From: a virus
Taxonomy: Duplodnaviria > Caudoviricetes
Reading direction: 5' to 3' (one strand)
IMG/VR virus record: IMGVR_UViG_3300032138_000524
Coordinates: 1-64,000 of that record
DNA length: 64,000 bases
Shown here: positions 59,138 to 64,000 of the stretch, in pieces
Layout: each line of letters starts with the position of its first letter
How positions within the stretch are numbered: position 1 is the first letter of the stretch
The notes under the pieces: model-generated
What the model was told of the DNA's origin: nothing
What the model saw: only the letters and a program-made list of their open reading frames with translations
The model's database searches: none
Position numbers and translations under genes: made by a program

Positions 59138-59171
59138 ACAGGCAGTTGACGCACCTGTGAAAAAATGCGTC
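59138..59171 (+). promoter_or_regulatory. Candidate H-type pseudoknot in the leader of the TonB-dependent receptor gene
   Basis: ACAGG-CAGTT-GACGCA-CCTGT-GAAAAAA-TGCGTC: S1 ACAGG/CCTGT, S2 GACGCA/TGCGTC. Confidence 0.5.
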
Positions 59172-59199
59172 TTAACCAAACAAAAAGAGGAGAACGTTA

Positions 59200-62019
59200 A
59201 TGAATAAACGTAATCTAATCTCATCGGTAATGACCATTCTAATGCCTATGTTCCTTTTCGGACAAGCAGTAATTGAAGAAAAGGTAGAGACAAGCATTGG
59301 TGGTGTAGTTTCTGATGAGTCAAACAATCCAATAGTTGGAGCCAATGTGATTGTAGAAGGAACTGATTTAGGTTCAGCTGCAGATGCAGATGGATACTAC
59401 TCTATTGATTTAGGGGCAGGTTCTTATTCACTTACAGCTTCCGCAATTGGATATGAATCTCAATCGTCTGAGGTGTCAATAAAAGAAGGTGATTCAGGAA
59501 TTACCAACTTTGTATTGGTCATATCAGCAATTGAGATGTCGGCATTAGAAGTTTTAGCTTCTCGTGCAGGCGAAAAGACACCTGTTGCACATACAACGGT
59601 AGAAAAAGCAGAAATTGAATTTCGTCTTGGTTCACAAGACTTACCAATGTCTCTTAATCTAACACCAAGTGTATATGCAACTCAACAAGGTGGTGGTGCG
59701 GGTGATGCTCGTATCAATGTTCGTGGTTTTAATCAACGGAATGTGGCGGTAATGATTAACGGAGTCCCACAAAATGATATGGAAAACGGTTGGGTCTATT
59801 GGTCTAACTGGGACGGTGTAGCAGACGCTGCACATTCTATCCAGATGCAACGTGGACTCTCCGCAGTCAATTTAGCTACCCCTTCCATTGGTGGAACTAT
59901 GAACATCATAACTGATCCTACTGCTCACGAAAAGGGTGGTAAGTTCAAACAAGAAAGTGGCGCAGGTGGTTTTCTAAAAACCACTCTGAATTATAATAGT
60001 GGTCTTATAGGTGATAAATTCGCCTTGAGTGGTACTATTGTAAGAAAAACAGGTGATGGTGTCATAGACAAAACATGGACAGACGCTTGGGCATATTACT
60101 TTGGTGCAAGTTACGCACTAAACGCTGATAACCGATTCGAATTATACGCAATCGGTGCTCCACAACGACATGGACATAATTTATACAAACAGAATCTTGG
60201 TGCATACGATGCCGATTTTGCTGCGAGTGTAGATGGATATGATACTGAAGCACTTGGTGAAGATGGTAAGTTCAAGGATGTCGGTAGGTTCTTTAATCAG
60301 AACTGGTCACCAGTTGATCCGTCATATACAGGTAAACAATACTATTATATGTATGGAGCTAAAACTGTTGATAGACACGATCCTAACTTCATTAATGAAA
60401 GAGAAAATTTCTTTCATAAACCATTAGTAAACCTTAACCATTATTTAACTATCGATGACAAAACAAGACTGAGTTCAGTTCTGTATTGGAGTGGTGGTTC
60501 AGGTGGTGGAACTGGTACTTATGGTAGGATTCCTACAACGGATGCTGATGGAGTTACGGGTCTGGAGGATTATAAGTTCTATTATGGTCGTAGTCCTTGG
60601 ACACGTGATTGGAATGCTCTTATCGCTATGAATAGTGGTGATGATGATACAGTATATGTAGACAAAAGAGTTCTTCCAAGAACACACGGTGAAGGTAATA
60701 ACCAATCTGTAGGTATTTTGAGGAATAGTATTAATCGTCAGAATACACTTGGTCTTATTTCTAAACTTAACTATGATTTTAGTGATGAACTTAAATTACA
60801 AGTTGGTATAGATTGGAGAACAGCAGGTATCGAACACGCACGTGAAGTTCGTGATTTGATGGGTGGAGATTATTATTTGGATTTTGCAGATGATAACGCA
60901 CCAGATGGTAAAAGAGTTGAGTTAGGTGATATAATCGCTTATCACAATGAAACTACCGTTGATTGGTTAGGTGGATTCTTACAGGGTTCATATTCTTCAG
61001 GACCACTTTCCGCATATGGTATGGGTGGAGTATCAAGCATAGCTTATACTTACCAAGACCATTTCACAGTTGCTGATGAAGTAATATCTGCAGACGCTAT
61101 TATTACTACTCAGTTCAAAGGTGGAGCAATGTATGATGTTACTGAAGGACTTAGTGTTTTCGGTAACTTTGGTATAGTAGAAAAACCGCCCATTATGGAT
61201 AATGTGATTTATTTTGATGGAACGGTTGCTTCAGATCCCGCAAACGAAAGATTCGTCAGTTCAGAAGCTGGTGTAAACTATTCGTCAGGGATTGGAGCAG
61301 TTAAAGTATCTGCTTATAGTACAGATTGGAAAGACAGAAACCTTACCAAATCTGTAACAAGCGGACAAGGTTCAAGTGGTGATACTGATGTTATATTCCT
61401 AAGTGGAATAAATCAGAAACACCAAGGTGTTGAAATTGAAGCTTCCACACAAGTACTTGATTTACTTAGCTTAGGTGCTATAGTAAGTCTTGGAAATTGG
61501 AAGTTCGATGGTGATGCCGATGGAAATTATCAAGAAGATGAGTTTAACGAAGATGGTCAAGTCATTGGACAAACGACTACTCCGTATTCTTACGCACTTG
61601 ATGGTTTGTTTGTTGGTGATATGCCTCAAACATCTTACGCACTTGTTGGAACTCTAACTCCCATAAAGGGATTACAGTTACAGGCAGTATACAATCAGTA
61701 TGATAACAATTATTCTGATTGGAGTCCTGGAGCAAGAGAGTATGATGGTTCAGATGCAGACGCAGACAGAGAACAAGTATGGAAAGCACCTGGATATTCC
61801 AAAGTGGATCTCCACGCTTCCTATAAACTACCGATTGGTGGATATGATGCATCTTTATTCGCTCATGTATTTAACGCGACAGACGCAGTATTTGTTCAAG
61901 ATGCGGTAGATCACAGTCAATACAATAGTTACGGTGATAAAACACACGCAGCTCACAACGCAGAAGTATTTCTTGGAACTCCAAGATATTTCAATGTTGG
62001 TATTGCAGTTAGTTTCTAA
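59200..62019 (+). CDS. TonB-dependent outer-membrane receptor with an N-terminal carboxypeptidase-regulatory-like domain
   Basis: Signal peptide; PIVGANVIVEGT..G..ADADGYY; plug motif INVRGF..RNVAVMINGVP; C-terminal beta-strand GTPRYFNVGIAVSF ending in Phe. Confidence 0.9.
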   Translation: MNKRNLISSVMTILMPMFLFGQAVIEEKVETSIGGVVSDESNNPIVGANVIVEGTDLGSAADADGYYSIDLGAGSYSLTASAIGYESQSSEVSIKEGDSGITNFVLVISAIEMSALEVLASRAGEKTPVAHTTVEKAEIEFRLGSQDLPMSLNLTPSVYATQQGGGAGDARINVRGFNQRNVAVMINGVPQNDMENGWVYWSNWDGVADAAHSIQMQRGLSAVNLATPSIGGTMNIITDPTAHEKGGKFKQESGAGGFLKTTLNYNSGLIGDKFALSGTIVRKTGDGVIDKTWTDAWAYYFGASYALNADNRFELYAIGAPQRHGHNLYKQNLGAYDADFAASVDGYDTEALGEDGKFKDVGRFFNQNWSPVDPSYTGKQYYYMYGAKTVDRHDPNFINERENFFHKPLVNLNHYLTIDDKTRLSSVLYWSGGSGGGTGTYGRIPTTDADGVTGLEDYKFYYGRSPWTRDWNALIAMNSGDDDTVYVDKRVLPRTHGEGNNQSVGILRNSINRQNTLGLISKLNYDFSDELKLQVGIDWRTAGIEHAREVRDLMGGDYYLDFADDNAPDGKRVELGDIIAYHNETTVDWLGGFLQGSYSSGPLSAYGMGGVSSIAYTYQDHFTVADEVISADAIITTQFKGGAMYDVTEGLSVFGNFGIVEKPPIMDNVIYFDGTVASDPANERFVSSEAGVNYSSGIGAVKVSAYSTDWKDRNLTKSVTSGQGSSGDTDVIFLSGINQKHQGVEIEASTQVLDLLSLGAIVSLGNWKFDGDADGNYQEDEFNEDGQVIGQTTTPYSYALDGLFVGDMPQTSYALVGTLTPIKGLQLQAVYNQYDNNYSDWSPGAREYDGSDADADREQVWKAPGYSKVDLHASYKLPIGGYDASLFAHVFNATDAVFVQDAVDHSQYNSYGDKTHAAHNAEVFLGTPRYFNVGIAVSF

Positions 62020-62030
62020 TAGTAGAGTTC

Positions 62031-62061
62031 GGGGGGGATTGGAATATATTTCCCCCACTTT
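62031..62061 (+). terminator. Probable terminator hairpin after the TBDR gene
   Basis: GGGGGGAT...TTTCCCCC followed by ACTTTT. Confidence 0.5.
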
Positions 62062-62081
62062 ATTAAAATCGGAGAGTTAAA

Positions 62082-63074
62082 ATGCACAAATTAGAATATT
62101 TGTGGTTGGACGGTTGTAACCCAACTCAAATTAGAAGTAAAACCAAGATAGTTAAGTCTTTTGGACGAAAGGGTGGTGAGGCACCAGTATGGGGATTTGA
62201 TGGCAGTTCAACTGAACAGGCAGAAGGTAAAAATTCTGATTGTGTGTTGAAACCAGTAAGGGTATATCCACATCCATCTGAACAAGATAATAGTTCAATA
62301 GTTTTATGTGAAGTATGGAATGTAGATGATACACCACATTCAACAAATACAAGGAGAGAGTTAGAGGAAACATTACAAGCTTTAGAAAGTGATATTGATG
62401 AATGGGTAGGATTCGAACAAGAATACACTTTATATGAAAACAATAAACCATACGGTTGGCCAGATATAGGAGAACCACCACCACAAGGAGATTATTATTG
62501 TGGTAGAAACATTGGTGAAAATATATCAAGAGAACATATGAACGCCTGTATAGAAGCAGGTATTCAGATTTGTGGAACAAACGCAGAAGTGATGTTAGGT
62601 CAATGGGAATATCAGATTGGTGCAGGTGGTTCAATTCATATGAGTGATGACTTGTGGGTAGCCCGTTGGTTAATGGAAAGAATTTGTGAGAAACACGAGT
62701 TATCAGTTTCGTTACATCCAAAACCAATCGCAGGTGATTGGAATGGTGCAGGATGTCATACTAACTTCTCTACAGGGGAAATGAGAGAAGATGGTGGATA
62801 TCCAGCTATTATTGAGGCCTGTGAAAAGTTATCAGAAAATCCACAAGAACATATTGATGTGTATGGTCAAGATAATGACCAAAGACTTACAGGAGAACAC
62901 GAAACTTGTTCTATTGAAGAATTTCGTTATGGAGTTTCAGATAGAGGAGCATCAATTCGTATTCCTTGGCAAGTAGAGAAAGATGGTTGTGGTTATTTAG
63001 AAGATAGACGACCATCATCTAACTGTGATCCGTATAAAGTTAGCAAAAAATTGATAGAAACGATTTGTAGTTAG
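62082..63074 (+). CDS. glnII: Glutamine synthetase type II
   Basis: LEYLWLDG, WGFDGSSTEQA, GFEQEY, PQGDYYCG, NAEVMLGQWEYQIG, HPKPIAGDWNGAGCHTNFS, RLTGEHET, DRGASIRIP, YLEDRRPSSNCDPY; 330 aa. Confidence 0.93.
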   Translation: MHKLEYLWLDGCNPTQIRSKTKIVKSFGRKGGEAPVWGFDGSSTEQAEGKNSDCVLKPVRVYPHPSEQDNSSIVLCEVWNVDDTPHSTNTRRELEETLQALESDIDEWVGFEQEYTLYENNKPYGWPDIGEPPPQGDYYCGRNIGENISREHMNACIEAGIQICGTNAEVMLGQWEYQIGAGGSIHMSDDLWVARWLMERICEKHELSVSLHPKPIAGDWNGAGCHTNFSTGEMREDGGYPAIIEACEKLSENPQEHIDVYGQDNDQRLTGEHETCSIEEFRYGVSDRGASIRIPWQVEKDGCGYLEDRRPSSNCDPYKVSKKLIETICS

Positions 63075-63098
63075 ATATTTATAGTAAAAGAGGTTATA

Positions 63099-64000
63099 TT
63101 GTATCAAAACGTTTATTACGAAAGTCGTAAAAACAAAGTACATATATGGGATGATAAAAGTGGTCATGTAGTTGTGCCTTATAAAAGGTATGCTTATGTG
63201 AAAGATAATTATGGAACTCATGTATCTTTGTATGGTGACAGATTAAAGAAAGTATATAAGTGGGAAAAAGGTCTTAAAGGATTACACGAAAGTGATATAA
63301 ATCCTGAAACACGAACTCTCATTGATATGTATACCAATAGTGAAGAACCATCAACTGGTCATAAAATTATGATTATTGATATTGAGGTAGAAGTTACAGA
63401 AGGATTTCCAAGTCCACAAAAGGCACCAAATAAGATTACTTCTATTGCCATTCACGATAGTGTAACCGACCATTATTGGTGTTTTGTTCTTGATGAACAA
63501 AGTAAACTCCAACGGTCTGATTGGGGTAAAAATGTAACTGTAGAAACTTTTGATAAAGAGTTTGGGTTATTACAGAGGTTTTACGCAAAGTATTTAGAAA
63601 TACGACCAACTATTATAACTGGTTGGAATGTAGATGGTTTTGATATTCCGTATCTTTACAATCGTTCACAACAGATAGTTGGTAAGAATATTGCTGATTG
63701 TCTTTCACCAATTTCAAAAGTATTTTATAATAAATACAGAGAAAAATATATGATAGCAGGGGTGAGTTGTTTAGACTACCTTATGTTATACAAGAATTTT
63801 ACTTTTAGTTCTAAACCATCTTACAGATTAGATGAGATTGGTAAGAGTGAAGTTGGAACATCCAAAATATCATACGAGGGAACTTTAAATGATTTATATG
63901 AAAACCACTTGGAAGATTTTGTTAAGTATAATATTCACGATGTTAGGATAGTAAAGAAATTAGACGACAAGTTAGATTTTATTGATGTAGCTCGTGGTAT
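63099..64000 (+). CDS. Family B DNA polymerase, N-terminal part with 3'-5' exonuclease domain (truncated by window end; not in ORF track)
   Basis: TTG start after GAGG: MYQNVYYESRKNKVHIWDD...IIDIEVE (ExoI), TGWNVDGFDIPYLYNR (ExoII), SYRLDEIG, YNIHDV (ExoIII). Confidence 0.9.
   Translation, partial: MYQNVYYESRKNKVHIWDDKSGHVVVPYKRYAYVKDNYGTHVSLYGDRLKKVYKWEKGLKGLHESDINPETRTLIDMYTNSEEPSTGHKIMIIDIEVEVTEGFPSPQKAPNKITSIAIHDSVTDHYWCFVLDEQSKLQRSDWGKNVTVETFDKEFGLLQRFYAKYLEIRPTIITGWNVDGFDIPYLYNRSQQIVGKNIADCLSPISKVFYNKYREKYMIAGVSCLDYLMLYKNFTFSSKPSYRLDEIGKSEVGTSKISYEGTLNDLYENHLEDFVKYNIHDVRIVKKLDDKLDFIDVARG

Larger units (their letters stand above)
407..63082 (+). promoter_or_regulatory. Recurrent intergenic ATATTTAT(A/T) motif, putative phage-specific promoter
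   Basis: Seen upstream of genes at 407, 1432, 4650, 9639, 14687, 17646, 22283, 22675, 22688, 25186, 25261, 27102, 46239, 50803, 57071 and 63075. Confidence 0.65.

Noticed and set aside
59116-59199. Cobalamin riboswitch upstream of the TBDR
   Set aside because: The gap is only ~85 nt and lacks B12-box motifs; only a small pseudoknot is supportable.
1-64000. Stop-codon reassignment, introns or inteins
   Set aside because: Core genes (capsid, sheath, RecA, helicase, NrdJ) are uninterrupted and of normal length in the standard code; TAG and TGA both end genes normally.

Overview
An AT-rich 64-kb segment of a large T4-like (myovirus, probably jumbo) bacteriophage genome; every credible gene is on the + strand and reads in the standard bacterial code. 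1-37 kb is the virion module: head genes with ribosomal protein bS21 just upstream of the scaffold and gp23-like major capsid gene, neck and tail-terminator genes, repetitive fibre-like proteins, sheath, tube, a tail-assembly/hub gene with a likely programmed frameshift, tape measure and baseplate. 37-47 kb is an auxiliary block (CysC, cytidyltransferase, ThyX, NagB, PIG-L deacetylase, glycosyltransferase, RimK-like ligase, PolA-like protein, GH6 glycoside hydrolase, membrane/lipoproteins). 47.2-48.2 kb holds three repeated sigma70-type promoters with small genes. 48.2-50.8 kb is an RNA-centred module: a ~780-nt non-coding region of structured RNAs, including two paralogous Y-RNA-like elements with compensatory base changes, directly upstream of a Ro60/TROVE gene and a cold-shock protein gene. 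50.9-64 kb is replication and metabolism (gp32 SSB, UvsX/RecA, 5'-3' exonuclease, DNA methyltransferase, DnaB-like helicase, class II RNR, TonB-dependent receptor, glutamine synthetase II, family B polymerase cut by the window edge). The most notable candidate system is the Ro60 + tandem Y-like RNA locus. Other candidates are a +1/-2 frameshift in the tail chaperone region, two cis-regulatory RNA structures, and a shared N-terminal KLKxLLxE motif that may target proteins to the capsid. All calls come from manual motif reading and manual base-pairing; no searches or folding programs were run.
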